Assembly (NCBI GenBank): GCA_965140415.1
Contig: OZ223209.1
Location: 5,664,001 to 5,728,000 of the forward strand
Reading direction: 5' to 3'
From: Myxococcota bacterium
GTDB taxonomy: Bacteria; Myxococcota_A; SURF-8
DNA length: 64,000 nucleotides
Shown here: positions 50,942 to 61,402 of the stretch, in pieces
How the letters are laid out: every line of letters begins with the position of its first letter
Position numbering within the stretch: the stretch's first letter is position 1
The notes under the pieces: generated by a model
Database searches by the model: none
What the model was told of the DNA's origin: nothing
Seen by the model: only the letters and a program-made list of their open reading frames with translations
Translations under genes and position numbers: made by a program

Positions 50942-51712
50942 TTACACGCGAAAGTGCAAACCATCATAAGCGGGTTCAACACCATCAGGCAAATAGGCAA
51001 GAAGGTCTTCGTACTCCAATTCATGGCCCATGTGCGTCAGGTAATTGATAGGTGCTCCCAATTGCTGCAATGCTTCCACCGCCTGCTCGACGGTAAAGTG
51101 GGTGTCGTGATAGTGATAACGTAAAGCATCCATAATCACGACCTGAACACCCTTCAACAAGCTCCAGCTTTCCGGCGGAATTCGATTGACATCGGTCAGA
51201 TAGGCGAAGTCGCCGATACGCCACCCGACAACTAAAAGTTTCCCATGCCAAAGTTGGATGGGAGTGATTGTTGTACCGAAGAGGGTAAACGGTTGGTTCA
51301 TGGTAACAGGATGAGTGATTACGTTCGGTTTTCCTCCACCGCGCTGGACGGAATCCTCGAAAATATAACGGAATTGATCGCGGATATGATCGATATGTTC
51401 CTGGGCTCCGTAAATGTCCAAAGCTTGTTTTTGCAGGTAATTATAGGTGCGGATTTCGTCGATACCGTGTGTGTGGTCGGCATGACAATGCGTGTAAAAA
51501 ACGGCGTTCACCCGAACCAGATTGTTTTGCAGGGCCTGTTGGCGCAGATCCGGTGAGGTATCGATCAGGATATTTTCACCGCTATCCAGCGTCACGACAA
51601 TGGAGGAACGCAGGCGTTTATTGCGTTGATGTGGCGAGCTGCATACCTTGCAGTTGCAACCGACAATCGGTACTCCCGTGGATGTTCCGCAGCCCAGTAT
51701 CACGACTTCCAT
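50942..51712 (-). CDS. MBL-fold metallo-hydrolase (PhnP/LipB-like)
   Basis: ILGCGTSTGVP..GC.C.VC, IDTSPDLRQQ, THCHADHTHGIDE, AYLTD, THMGH. Confidence 0.92.
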   Translation of the reverse strand: MEVVILGCGTSTGVPIVGCNCKVCSSPHQRNKRLRSSIVVTLDSGENILIDTSPDLRQQALQNNLVRVNAVFYTHCHADHTHGIDEIRTYNYLQKQALDIYGAQEHIDHIRDQFRYIFEDSVQRGGGKPNVITHPVTMNQPFTLFGTTITPIQLWHGKLLVVGWRIGDFAYLTDVNRIPPESWSLLKGVQVVIMDALRYHYHDTHFTVEQAVEALQQLGAPINYLTHMGHELEYEDLLAYLPDGVEPAYDGLHFRV

Positions 51713-51885
51713 ACCGCATCTTCTCCGTTCTATCAGCGCACCAATCTGTCGGCAAAGTACCATCCGCTCGGATGCATGACAAGGTAAATTTCGTGAAAAG
51801 GCGTTAGATTCTAGCTAGTTTGCCGATTAAAAGGTGGCACAAGCCATTCTTCAATGGTACAACGGAACAAGATCGATTGTAAGAA

Positions 51886-53481
51886 ATGGAAGAAACCGTG
51901 CCGTCTTCTCGCAGCATCTATCCCTGGATGATCGCCGGTGCGCTGTTGTTGATCGGCAGCATTCCATACCTGTTTGCCTATTGGATGCAGGACGCACAGC
52001 ATCTTTTTTCCGGTTATCTTCATTTTCCCGAAGACATGGACAGCTACGCCGCTTTCGCCAACCAGGCGGCTCAGGGTCACTGGCTGTTCGTCAACCCCTA
52101 TGAGCTACAACCCCAAACCCCTTCTTATTTCAACCTGTTATGGCTCATCAGCGGCAAATGCCAGGGATTACTCGGTCTTTCATTTGGTGTCATCCTACAG
52201 GTAGTTCGGATCATCGGAGGGCTTGCTTTGATACTTGCCTGCTGGCGTCTGCTCGGTGATTTCCAAACGGAACCCGCCGCACGCAAACTGGGGTTAATAC
52301 TATTCGCATTTGCCTCCGGTTTTGGTGTCCTGCTGTTTTTGTTCCGACTTTCCGCACCGCCTCCCGATTTGTATACGGAACTGTTTCCCTTCATTCAAAC
52401 TGCCTTTGTACCGCATACCGCCTTGGCACATGCACTGTTACTGCTGGCTTTGTCATTCGCTTTGAGCGCCGAACGGGAACAGTCGCTTCGTCCAGCTCAG
52501 TTTGCAGGCGCGACGTTGGTACTTTTAGGTAGTTTCAGAGCCTATGACACAGCCGTCGGTTTTGTCATTCTGGGCGCTTTCGTTGCAATTCGAATTATAT
52601 TCGTTTCCGAAGACAGGCGTTCCCGCCTGTTGCGAGGCTTGTGGATGATCCTGCCCGCCCTGCTCCCCATCGGCTATGCCGCCTGGTTGACCCGCATGAC
52701 AACGGGCTTTTCGATCTGGAGTATGACCAATCATTACCCACCGCCGGATGTGTTCACCATGCTGTTGGGACTAGGCATTTTCGTTGCAGGAACGCTAGTC
52801 TGGCTGGTTTGGAAAGCGGTGGAAAAAAGCCGCTGGTCGATTGCCGAACAGTTACTGGGAATCTGGCTGCTGAGCGCTTGGATATTGATGTACTCCGGGC
52901 TTTTGCCCTGGGCCTGGCGCACCTGTGCGGCTTTCGCCACGCCGCATATTCTTGCAACGATTCTTGTGTTGGCCCGAATTCCGCAGCGCCCACTGAAAGT
53001 CGTATCGTGGATGCTTGTATTTGCAGTGGCTTTGCCAACCAGCGTGTTTGTCTGGCATCAGAAAATCGAACAGAGCCGCGAACAGTTCGTGTATTATTAC
53101 CAGCCACCGGAAACGATCGAGGCGCTGCAATGGATCGGGCGTGAGCGTCGGGGCGCACATGTACTGACGCATGGGCATATCGGACTGAAAGTGCCTGCTT
53201 ACGCCGATGCCTATTCGTTTTTAGGTCACAAGGATCTGACCGCCAATCTGGAAGAAAAACGAAACGCGACGGCGGATCTTTTCAGCGATAAGCTGACTGC
53301 TAAACAGGCATTGAAACTGCTGGAACTAAACAGAATCGATACGATTATATGGGGACCGCTGGACCGGCGAGAGTTCACTTTTTCGCCGGATCGATTGATG
53401 TGGCCCAAACTGTATGAGAACGGTCTTGTCACCATCTATGGCAAGCCACCGAGTAAAATCAATACGGGGAAAAATCCCTAA
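51886..53481 (+). CDS. Polytopic membrane protein, possibly a GT-C-fold glycosyltransferase
   Basis: More than 10 hydrophobic segments, D-x-x-x-Y motif after the first TM, soluble C-terminal domain ending LYENGLVTIY. Confidence 0.55.
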   Translation: MEETVPSSRSIYPWMIAGALLLIGSIPYLFAYWMQDAQHLFSGYLHFPEDMDSYAAFANQAAQGHWLFVNPYELQPQTPSYFNLLWLISGKCQGLLGLSFGVILQVVRIIGGLALILACWRLLGDFQTEPAARKLGLILFAFASGFGVLLFLFRLSAPPPDLYTELFPFIQTAFVPHTALAHALLLLALSFALSAEREQSLRPAQFAGATLVLLGSFRAYDTAVGFVILGAFVAIRIIFVSEDRRSRLLRGLWMILPALLPIGYAAWLTRMTTGFSIWSMTNHYPPPDVFTMLLGLGIFVAGTLVWLVWKAVEKSRWSIAEQLLGIWLLSAWILMYSGLLPWAWRTCAAFATPHILATILVLARIPQRPLKVVSWMLVFAVALPTSVFVWHQKIEQSREQFVYYYQPPETIEALQWIGRERRGAHVLTHGHIGLKVPAYADAYSFLGHKDLTANLEEKRNATADLFSDKLTAKQALKLLELNRIDTIIWGPLDRREFTFSPDRLMWPKLYENGLVTIYGKPPSKINTGKNP

Positions 53482-53571
53482 CGAGCGGGATGTAAAAATC
53501 AGGTTTGCCAAACACCCTGTAGTTGGTGTATTTTATGAGATGAATCGACTCAGGGAAAAGACGATACACCC

Positions 53572-54276
53572 ATGAACGCAAACGATACCAATTCGCTCAG
53601 CACGGAAGATCTGAAACCGGTCGAACTGGAGGAATTTCAAGAGAAATTATCTCCACGAACCCAGGTGCGTGTTACGTTCGGAAAAGCGGCACGTAATAAA
53701 ACGCTGAATTCGATGGTGCTGGCTCACGACCAGGAGGTGTTCTGGATTGCAAGCTTGACATCGTTCAATTTGCCCAAACGCGGCAAAGTTACGGTGGCTT
53801 TCAGCACAAAAGAGCGACTTTACGAATTCAAAACGCGTTTGATCGGAGTCTTTGAGCATGAGTCTCAACCGGAACGAACGGCGCTGGCACTGGTGCGCCC
53901 GGAAAAATGGTCGAGTCTACAACGACGCGACGATTATCGAGCGAAAATTTCGGTAGCGATCGAGGTGGCATCGATGACCAACCCCGGCAATATTTACAAG
54001 GGATTGACGGTAGATGTATCCGCTTCGGGCATGATGGTTTCATTGGATGAAGTGTTACCGGAAGGGGAAGACCTGGAAGTTTCTTTCCGGTTTCCCAATG
54101 CCAAAGAAAACGAAGAACCGTTTGAAGAACGTGCGAAAGTGGTGCGTTCCGTCAAACCGCAGGTCCGTAGCCGTTTCGAGTTCAATTACGGATTACAGTT
54201 CACTGAGTTATCCGAACGTCATAAAGATCAACTCGCCCAATTCATCTGGGCGATGCAGAAACAGAAAGTCACCTAA
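53572..54276 (+). CDS. PilZ-domain c-di-GMP receptor (YcgR/flagellar-brake-like)
   Basis: QRRDDYR (RxxxR) and DVSASG (DxSxxG), with an N-terminal extra domain. Confidence 0.9.
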   Translation: MNANDTNSLSTEDLKPVELEEFQEKLSPRTQVRVTFGKAARNKTLNSMVLAHDQEVFWIASLTSFNLPKRGKVTVAFSTKERLYEFKTRLIGVFEHESQPERTALALVRPEKWSSLQRRDDYRAKISVAIEVASMTNPGNIYKGLTVDVSASGMMVSLDEVLPEGEDLEVSFRFPNAKENEEPFEERAKVVRSVKPQVRSRFEFNYGLQFTELSERHKDQLAQFIWAMQKQKVT

Positions 54277-56615
54277 TGAGTCCCTGTGCCGGTTTGCGAT
54301 GGCCGAGTTGCCTGCTGCTGCTCATTGTTGTTCTCTTTGCCCAGGTTTCGCCGGTTTCCGCCGCGCGTGAGCCGGGAAAAAAGATAATCCTGATTCTCGA
54401 CGGCACCAGCCTTGCACGAGAAACCGACCCGAACGCGCAGTCATTTCAGGCTGCCCGCATGATTCTATCCCTGTTACCGCCCAAGTCTCGCGGCGGTGTG
54501 ATCCTTGCGGAAGAAAAACCTCAGATCCTCAGTTCGCTGACGAGATGGTCGGATCGCAAACTGTCCCGTTTGAAAAGCAAGCTGGACGGCTACCAGGCAC
54601 AGAGTCAGTTTGCGGATCTTTCCGGCGCGATTCGCAAAGCCGGTTCCATGTTCGGAAAACCCGATGGCGGCCAGCGCATCGTAATGTTGATTATCGCCTC
54701 TCCCTTGCCGGAGTATCCCAATCACAGTTTCGTTCAGGAGTTGCAGGATCAGCAAGTCGCCTTGCATATCGTGCAACTTGTCACCGAAGAAGTCTGGCCG
54801 GAATGGCGGCAGGCGGCGGCGGATACGGGGGGGTCGGTGCTGGGCTGTACCTTGGACGAAGACCTGCCCGAGTTCATGTTCAATCTTTACGTCGGTGCGA
54901 CCGATCCCCAGTTGATTCCATTGGATGCGGATACTTTCCAAGTGGATGAAGCGGTAAAGAACATGGTTATCGTTACCGTGCGTGATGAGGATAGCCAACC
55001 GGAAGTGGTTTCTCAAAAACGGGTGTTTGCATCCGACAAGCGCAAGCGAGGCAAAACCAAACGGGACCGTATCGCTCGCAACGATTTCGGTAAGCTGACA
55101 ACCATCAAAGTTTCGAACCCGACGGTGGGTCACTGGAAGGTCTCGGATGTAAACAAATCGAAAACGATGGTGTTGGTCGATACCGAAGTGACGCTGAACA
55201 CGATTTTACCCCGCTCGCAATACATCGAGAACGAGCACCTGACATTAACGGCCTACCTGGCGCGCTATGGCGAAATCTCCCCCCAGCGCAAAGAGGCACG
55301 TAATGTCGGCTTCATGGCGGAACTGTTCAATCCCAAAACCGGCGAATTAAGCATGGCAACCATGCGTGATGACGGAGAAACTCCCGACCGTCAGGCCGGT
55401 GATGGCATTTATTCGGGAAGCATTCCATTACAGGGTCACGTTGGACCTCATCTATTGCGCACGGTCGTGCGGCGCGGAAACCTGATGCGCAAGCAGATCG
55501 ATTACATCACCATCGAAGCGGGAACCTGGTACACCTTATTGGAACCACCCGGTCCAGCAGATCTCTCGCGTGACTTGCTATTGAGCATCGAATTGCATCC
55601 GGCGATCCCTTTGGACAACAGTTTGCGGGTTTTCGCCCAAATTCCTCCTCATGAAAAGGCGAAAATGACATCCTTGCCCAAAAATCCACGACGCTATGCC
55701 ATCATGGTGCTTCCTCCGGAAGAACCCAGCGAAATGAACTTGAAAATCACTCGCAGCGGAACGAATGTCCCCTTGGCTATTGACGAGCAAGGCTCGACAA
55801 CCAAACTAACCTTTATTTCACCGGATCAGGTTGGCGCCAAGGAGAAGGAAGGCAGCAGCACGATATACCTGCTGATTGTGTTTATCGTCGTTGCAGGAAT
55901 CGGTGGAGCTGCGATTCTGTACATTCAGAAACGCAAGCAGGCCGGAATGGAAGTGGAAGCGGAATTCGAACCGGAAGAAATGCCCGAGGAGATCACTCCA
56001 CTTTCAACCGAACCGGTGTCGGAAAATGATATCTTCGCCGAGGAATCGGAGGAAGAAGCACCGGAGCCTGCCACACCGGAAGAGGAAGCGGAACAAGAAG
56101 TGGTCACCAACCTGGGGGATCGCATCGAAGAGGTCTTCACAGCGCATGCCAGAGAAGCACATCATAGTGATTTCAAACGCCCCGAAACCGAGCAGGAAAA
56201 CCTGGATCGCGATTCCGATCCCGATTACGTCAGCGGCACCGGATTCGACGATCGCGACGAATGGGGTCAGATGATTTCAGAAATGAAAGACAGCACGATC
56301 AAAGAATCCGTTGAAGAAGAAGAAGAGATAGAAACAAACCAGGGTTTCTCGGATATGATGGGCTTTGCCAGTGGTCCCGAACCCCAATCCGATACACCCA
56401 CCGAAAAGGATTTCGACAATCTGGATTTCCGTGTGGCTGAACCTCAAGGAAGTTCGGATGATCGCCCCGACCACGACGGCAGCGAAACAGAGGAATTCAA
56501 GGCTCTATCAGGTGACGATTTGAGTGACCTGTTCGGATATGCCTACTCGCCCTCCAAAGACGGGGAAGAATCGAACGAAGAAGAAGACACGGAAAAAGAC
56601 GAACCGGAATACTGA
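54276..56615 (+). CDS. Single-pass membrane protein: vWA-like domain, DDG...DGIYSG domain, TM, long acidic cytoplasmic tail
   Basis: Signal peptide, IILILDGTS, LAADTGG-like AAADTGG, MRDDGETPDRQAGDGIYSG, TM around residues 530-550, E/D-rich tail. Confidence 0.75.
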   Translation: MSPCAGLRWPSCLLLLIVVLFAQVSPVSAAREPGKKIILILDGTSLARETDPNAQSFQAARMILSLLPPKSRGGVILAEEKPQILSSLTRWSDRKLSRLKSKLDGYQAQSQFADLSGAIRKAGSMFGKPDGGQRIVMLIIASPLPEYPNHSFVQELQDQQVALHIVQLVTEEVWPEWRQAAADTGGSVLGCTLDEDLPEFMFNLYVGATDPQLIPLDADTFQVDEAVKNMVIVTVRDEDSQPEVVSQKRVFASDKRKRGKTKRDRIARNDFGKLTTIKVSNPTVGHWKVSDVNKSKTMVLVDTEVTLNTILPRSQYIENEHLTLTAYLARYGEISPQRKEARNVGFMAELFNPKTGELSMATMRDDGETPDRQAGDGIYSGSIPLQGHVGPHLLRTVVRRGNLMRKQIDYITIEAGTWYTLLEPPGPADLSRDLLLSIELHPAIPLDNSLRVFAQIPPHEKAKMTSLPKNPRRYAIMVLPPEEPSEMNLKITRSGTNVPLAIDEQGSTTKLTFISPDQVGAKEKEGSSTIYLLIVFIVVAGIGGAAILYIQKRKQAGMEVEAEFEPEEMPEEITPLSTEPVSENDIFAEESEEEAPEPATPEEEAEQEVVTNLGDRIEEVFTAHAREAHHSDFKRPETEQENLDRDSDPDYVSGTGFDDRDEWGQMISEMKDSTIKESVEEEEEIETNQGFSDMMGFASGPEPQSDTPTEKDFDNLDFRVAEPQGSSDDRPDHDGSETEEFKALSGDDLSDLFGYAYSPSKDGEESNEEEDTEKDEPEY

Positions 56616-56904
56616 CACCTACAACATATCACACTGTAATAACTAATCTATTTAGAAACGCCAATCTCTCTCTAACTGCCGTATAAACCGGCTGTACAGT
56701 TGGCTTTTTGACGCTATTGGGTGAACAACAGGGAAAAACATGCCCAGGACGTCGGAAAAATGTCACCTGTGCCTTTTCGCCCATTAATATAGAACGATGC
56801 CAGTCAAAGGCTTGACCTTGGCCTGGTGTAACAAACTTTATACTTATCTTTATCCTGTTGCAATAACTACGAAATTCATTTCAAGCAATGAAAATCGTCG
56901 TCTC

Positions 56905-56920
56905 TGGCATGACCCTTGCT
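56905..56920 (+). promoter_or_regulatory. sigma54 (-24/-12) promoter
   Basis: TGGCAT-GACCC-TTGCT matches TGGCAC-N5-TTGCW. Confidence 0.85.
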
Positions 56921-56956
56921 TTCTTGTTGCCGCAGTGACAGATTAGCGAGGATAAG

Positions 56957-59335
56957 ATGCTACGTCGTTTGATCACAATAAGCTTTGGATTCGGGTTGTT
57001 GCTGCTGCTGTCTTCCCAGCTTTGGGCGGCTGCGGATTACGCCACAATCACAATTCAGATCGAGCGACGCTCTCACTACACGTTGACTCCCGGTGAAAAC
57101 ACCAGCGAACTGGTGCTTTCGATGAAGCAATATCCGGCGGATCTGGTGGAACAACTGAAAAGCCAGTTCAACGACAACTTCGTGGCGGTTAAAGTTACCT
57201 ATCAGGATGAGCAGCAGATCGCCGTCAAATTGATTCTGATCCCCAAAGATTTCCGCTACAGCCACCTGCGCAAGGTTTCGCCGCAACAACTAGTGATCGT
57301 CATTTCTCCACCGACGAGTGACGACGAACAGGCGAGCCGAAAAGAAGAAATCCCCGTCTTGCCGATGTGGGAAATGCTGGAAGATTCGACCATCCTGCTG
57401 CCCTACATGAATTATGCGGAAGCGGTCGATGCCACTACCGGCGACACGGCATATCTGAATGCCATTAAATTGTTCAATATCGCCGCCGATGACGCCGCAC
57501 TGCAACTGATCGACAAATCACTGGCGACCGAAAAAGGAGAGTTGCGTCAGTATTTCCAGATGATGAAAGGGGACATCCTTTTCAAGCACGCTGTCAGCAA
57601 TCCGGCGCATATCGAAAAGGCACGCCGCCAGTTGGCCAGCTTGGATCAGGACGACACCGATGAGTTCATTCGCAGTCGGGCGAGACTGATGCTGGGTTAC
57701 TGCGCACTACTATCCAAACTTCCGCGCCAGGCGATGCGGGTTTTCGATGAAGGATTGAATGAGAGACGTCAACACAAAGCGTTTTTCATGATGGGCTTGT
57801 TGGAAGTGGCATTGAAGCAAGATCGTTATGCCGACGCCCAAAAGCTGATCACCGCGCTTTCCCGCATGGAAAACCTGCCGGAACCATTGCTGAGCAAGCT
57901 CTGCTTCGCCGGTATGATCCTGCTTTCTCGTCGCGGAGAAGTCCGTTTTGCCAACGATGCCGCAGATCGCTGCGCAGCCGGATCGGAAAACACACGCTTT
58001 TCAGCGGATCAAATGATGGCATTAGCGGAAACGCGGTTGTTGTCCAATCGTTTCGGTGAAGCCAAAGCGCTGTTGCGACAAGTCATTAACGATTATCCCA
58101 ACCACGCCAAGCTGCCATTGGCGGAAATGCGCCTGGGTGATGTGCTGGTGTATGAACGACGTTTCGAGGAAGCTCGGCAGCAGTATGAAAGCGTGATCAA
58201 TCGTCATCCGCTTGGCGCGTTCACTCGCCTGGCCGGATTGAAAATTACGGAACTGGATGAGCAGCGCGAGGGACGTCCTTTCCCGGAATTGCAATACAAA
58301 GCACTTGATCTGCACCACGAACCCGAGCCGGTGGATCGTGAATCCAAGTTGCGCCTGATGTGGGCCATGGATACCGCCGGTCGCAATGCGGAAGCGTACA
58401 ACTACCTGGTGGACTTGATCCGACGTTACCAGGGAATGCGCTACTGGGCGTTCCAGCCACGCCGCTTCAGTCAGATCGTAATGCGCGTGTATGACGCCTA
58501 CAAAAAAGCGGGTGACAACCTGAGCTTGATCAGCCTGTATCAGTCCCACATGGAATTCCCGCTGATGGAAGAAGACCGTGATCGCATCGCTATGATGGTG
58601 GCGGATGCGTACGGGGCCATCGAGCATCAGGAAGAAGCCGTCAAAGTGTATCTGGAAGCCCTGGAACGTCGCGGACGAGAAGTACAGGGCGAACGAGATA
58701 TTCTGCTGTCACTGACCAACTCCTACATCCTGATGGACGACGCCTACCGCGCAGCCAAGACCCAAGAGTATTTCAACAGCAAATTCAAAGAGATGGAAGA
58801 CCATCGCGTCTACCACATGATGATGGGTGAAATCGAGCAGATGCGCGGCAACGACGCGGCCAGCATTTCCCATTATGAAAAAGCCATGGATTACATTATC
58901 GACCCGGTGGAAAAGCGGCATCTGTCGCTGATCATCGCACGGGTTATTTACCAGCAGAAGCAGTATAAGCGCGCCATCACGATTCTTTCGCCGGTGCTCA
59001 ACCTGCTGCTGGATGAAAACGTCATCGTCGAGCGCAAACCGATTTCCTACGATGTACGCAATGCGATTTTCAACCTCGCCGACTGCTATTACATGCTGGG
59101 CAATTACGAACAGGCACTGCGCGTTTACCGACGCGCTACGCTTCTGTTTCCCGAAGATTCTCGGGTTCCCATCGCCTATTACTTTGCGGCGAAATCCAGT
59201 GAAAAACTCGGCTCGATTGATGAAGCCGTTGATTTTTATAACAAAATAGCCGCCATGCCCGACGCCAGCTGGAAACAGATCGGCGAAATGCAGGCACAGA
59301 CTTTAAGCTGGATTCAGAAGCATAATCTTAAATAG
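56957..59335 (+). CDS. Periplasmic tetratricopeptide-repeat protein
   Basis: Signal peptide; many TPR motifs (AIFNLADCYYMLGNYEQALRVY, A...LGD...RFEEA...Y...HP). Confidence 0.88.
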   Translation: MLRRLITISFGFGLLLLLSSQLWAAADYATITIQIERRSHYTLTPGENTSELVLSMKQYPADLVEQLKSQFNDNFVAVKVTYQDEQQIAVKLILIPKDFRYSHLRKVSPQQLVIVISPPTSDDEQASRKEEIPVLPMWEMLEDSTILLPYMNYAEAVDATTGDTAYLNAIKLFNIAADDAALQLIDKSLATEKGELRQYFQMMKGDILFKHAVSNPAHIEKARRQLASLDQDDTDEFIRSRARLMLGYCALLSKLPRQAMRVFDEGLNERRQHKAFFMMGLLEVALKQDRYADAQKLITALSRMENLPEPLLSKLCFAGMILLSRRGEVRFANDAADRCAAGSENTRFSADQMMALAETRLLSNRFGEAKALLRQVINDYPNHAKLPLAEMRLGDVLVYERRFEEARQQYESVINRHPLGAFTRLAGLKITELDEQREGRPFPELQYKALDLHHEPEPVDRESKLRLMWAMDTAGRNAEAYNYLVDLIRRYQGMRYWAFQPRRFSQIVMRVYDAYKKAGDNLSLISLYQSHMEFPLMEEDRDRIAMMVADAYGAIEHQEEAVKVYLEALERRGREVQGERDILLSLTNSYILMDDAYRAAKTQEYFNSKFKEMEDHRVYHMMMGEIEQMRGNDAASISHYEKAMDYIIDPVEKRHLSLIIARVIYQQKQYKRAITILSPVLNLLLDENVIVERKPISYDVRNAIFNLADCYYMLGNYEQALRVYRRATLLFPEDSRVPIAYYFAAKSSEKLGSIDEAVDFYNKIAAMPDASWKQIGEMQAQTLSWIQKHNLK

Positions 59336-59350
59336 TTCCGGAGAAAGCTC

Positions 59351-60373
59351 ATGAACCTTCAAGACGATTTAGCCAGAGCCTATTCCTCTTCCGAAATGCC
59401 CGAACCCGGAGAGTTCGCCATCTCCCGCCCGGACATTCTGACCCGTAATCCGAAGATGGAAACCATGCTGAAAATGGCGGAAGTCGTTGCCCTGCACCGC
59501 ACGCCGGTGCTGATCGAGGGAGAAAGCGGAACGGGCAAAGAACTTCTGGCACGCTACATCCACAGCCATTCCGATCGCAAAAACGGTCCCTTCGTGGCGG
59601 TCAACTGCGCTGCGATTCCGGAAACGCTACTGGAAAGCGAGCTGTTCGGATATGAAAAAGGCGCGTTCACCGGCGCTCAGAACGGACGTCAGGGTAAATT
59701 CGAACAGGCCGACGGCGGCACCATCCTGCTGGACGAAATCGGCGAGTTGGCTCCGTCGTTGCAGGTCAAGCTGCTGCGCGTTTTGCAGGAATACGAAGTG
59801 GACCGACTCGGCGGACGGCAGTCGATTCCGGTGAATGTGCGCATCATCGCCACCACCAACCGCAGCCTGAAAAAGCTCGTCGCCAAAGGTGGTTTCCGCG
59901 AAGATCTGTATTTCCGCATCAACGTGTTCCCGCTGCGTCTGATTCCGTTACGCGAACGGGTGGAAGACATGCGCGTGCTGGTGCCGCATTTCATCTGCAA
60001 ATACAACAGCGACACGGTCAAGGAAGTGGACCCGGAAGTCTACGAAATGATGGGTCGCTATCCCTGGCGTGGCAATATCCGCGAAATGGAAAACGTGGTT
60101 GCCCGTGCGGTGGTGCTCTCTTATAACTCCCCGCGCATCACGGCGGAACACATCATTTTCGAAGGTATCATCGAAGATGACGAGGAAGACGATGTCATCC
60201 CCAGCGGCATCACCCTGCGTGAGATGGAAAAGCGTTTGATTCTGAAGACGCTCTCCGATCAGGACGGCAACCGTACCCATGCCTCCAAAGTGCTCGATAT
60301 CAGCGTACGTACCCTGCGAAACAAGTTGGCGGAATACCGTCGCAACGGAGAATTGACGATTTCCCTGGCCTAA
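59351..60373 (+). CDS. sigma54-dependent enhancer-binding protein (FleQ/FlrC-like, no N-terminal REC)
   Basis: [54 protein letters not shown]-terminal Fis HTH. Confidence 0.95.
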   Translation: MNLQDDLARAYSSSEMPEPGEFAISRPDILTRNPKMETMLKMAEVVALHRTPVLIEGESGTGKELLARYIHSHSDRKNGPFVAVNCAAIPETLLESELFGYEKGAFTGAQNGRQGKFEQADGGTILLDEIGELAPSLQVKLLRVLQEYEVDRLGGRQSIPVNVRIIATTNRSLKKLVAKGGFREDLYFRINVFPLRLIPLRERVEDMRVLVPHFICKYNSDTVKEVDPEVYEMMGRYPWRGNIREMENVVARAVVLSYNSPRITAEHIIFEGIIEDDEEDDVIPSGITLREMEKRLILKTLSDQDGNRTHASKVLDISVRTLRNKLAEYRRNGELTISLA

Positions 60374-60487
60374 GCAAGAGCCAAACCGGGCAATAGTTGC
60401 CGACAGACGGGCAGAAAGTTCCGCTCCATCGGCAAAAACGACCCGGAAAGGCGGATTTCCCCAATGAGTAGCGAGTCGATGAAGAGT

Positions 60488-60503
60488 TGGTCCGAATGTT
60501 GCA
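60488..60503 (+). promoter_or_regulatory. Probable sigma54 promoter of the flgB operon
   Basis: TGGTCC-GAATG-TTGCA: GG-N10-GC spacing, about 50 nt before flgB. Confidence 0.65.
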
Positions 60504-60553
60504 ATAAACCTGTGGTCGTGAATAGGTGCTTTGGTTTTTGACAGGATTTTGAC

Positions 60554-60952
60554 ATGAGACTATTTGATATCACAGTCGATGCCCTAGAGAAAAATATGGA
60601 CCTGCGCTTGCAGCGCCAGGCCTATATTAATGCCAACATCGCCAATGCCGACACACCCGGTTACCTGCCTGTGGACTTGAAGTTCGAAGACGAACTGATG
60701 AGTTTCCTCGGTCAGAACGAAGACAAGATGGACACGACGAACAACAAGCACATGGGTGGGCGGATCGATGTCAGCGAAGTACAGGGCGAGTTGATCGAAC
60801 AGGCCGGCGAAATGAGCCCGGACGGCAATGCGGTCGATCTGGACCGACAGATGGCCGAACTGGGGAACAACTCGTTCAACTATCGCATGTCGGCCAAGGT
60901 CGTCAACAAGCAGTTAGCCCTGCTCAAGTACGTGATTACACAAACGAGGTAA
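60554..60952 (+). CDS. flgB: Flagellar basal-body rod protein FlgB
   Basis: RQAYINANIANADTPGY, PDGNAVDLDRQM. Confidence 0.96.
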   Translation: MRLFDITVDALEKNMDLRLQRQAYINANIANADTPGYLPVDLKFEDELMSFLGQNEDKMDTTNNKHMGGRIDVSEVQGELIEQAGEMSPDGNAVDLDRQMAELGNNSFNYRMSAKVVNKQLALLKYVITQTR

Positions 60953-60956
60953 GACC

Positions 60957-61388
60957 ATGGACTTCCAAGACGCAATCAGAATCGCATCCAGTGGAATGTC
61001 GGCCCAGCGCTTCCGGCTGAATATGATCTCCTCCAATCTGGCCAACGCCAACACCACGCGTGCCGAAGGCGGCGGTCCGTACCGGCGCAAAGACGCCGTT
61101 TTCCAGACCATGCAGGTCGGCAACAGTTTCGACCAGATCATGTCGGAAGTGGAAGAAGAACACATGCGCGGCGTGCGCGTGCAGGATGTAAAACAGTCCG
61201 ATAAGTTCCGTTCGGTCTTCGATCCCACGCATCCCGATGCCAATAACGAAGGTTACGTGCAGATGCCGGATGTCAACGTGGTCACGGAAATGGTGGACAT
61301 GTTGCAGGCCACGCGAACCTACGACGCCAACGTGCAGGCCGTTAAAGCACTAAAGGCCATGGCCGCCCAGGCCTTGCAGATCGGCTAA
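60957..61388 (+). CDS. flgC: Flagellar basal-body rod protein FlgC
   Basis: SGMSAQRFRLNMISSNLANANTTR, GGPYRRK, DPTHPDA, MPDVNVVTEMVDM. Confidence 0.97.
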   Translation: MDFQDAIRIASSGMSAQRFRLNMISSNLANANTTRAEGGGPYRRKDAVFQTMQVGNSFDQIMSEVEEEHMRGVRVQDVKQSDKFRSVFDPTHPDANNEGYVQMPDVNVVTEMVDMLQATRTYDANVQAVKALKAMAAQALQIG

Positions 61389-61402
61389 CGAGGTAATCGA
61401 TC

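Noticed and set aside
51835-51850. TGGCAC as a sigma54 -24 element
   Set aside because: The -12 position reads ATTCT and lacks the required GC
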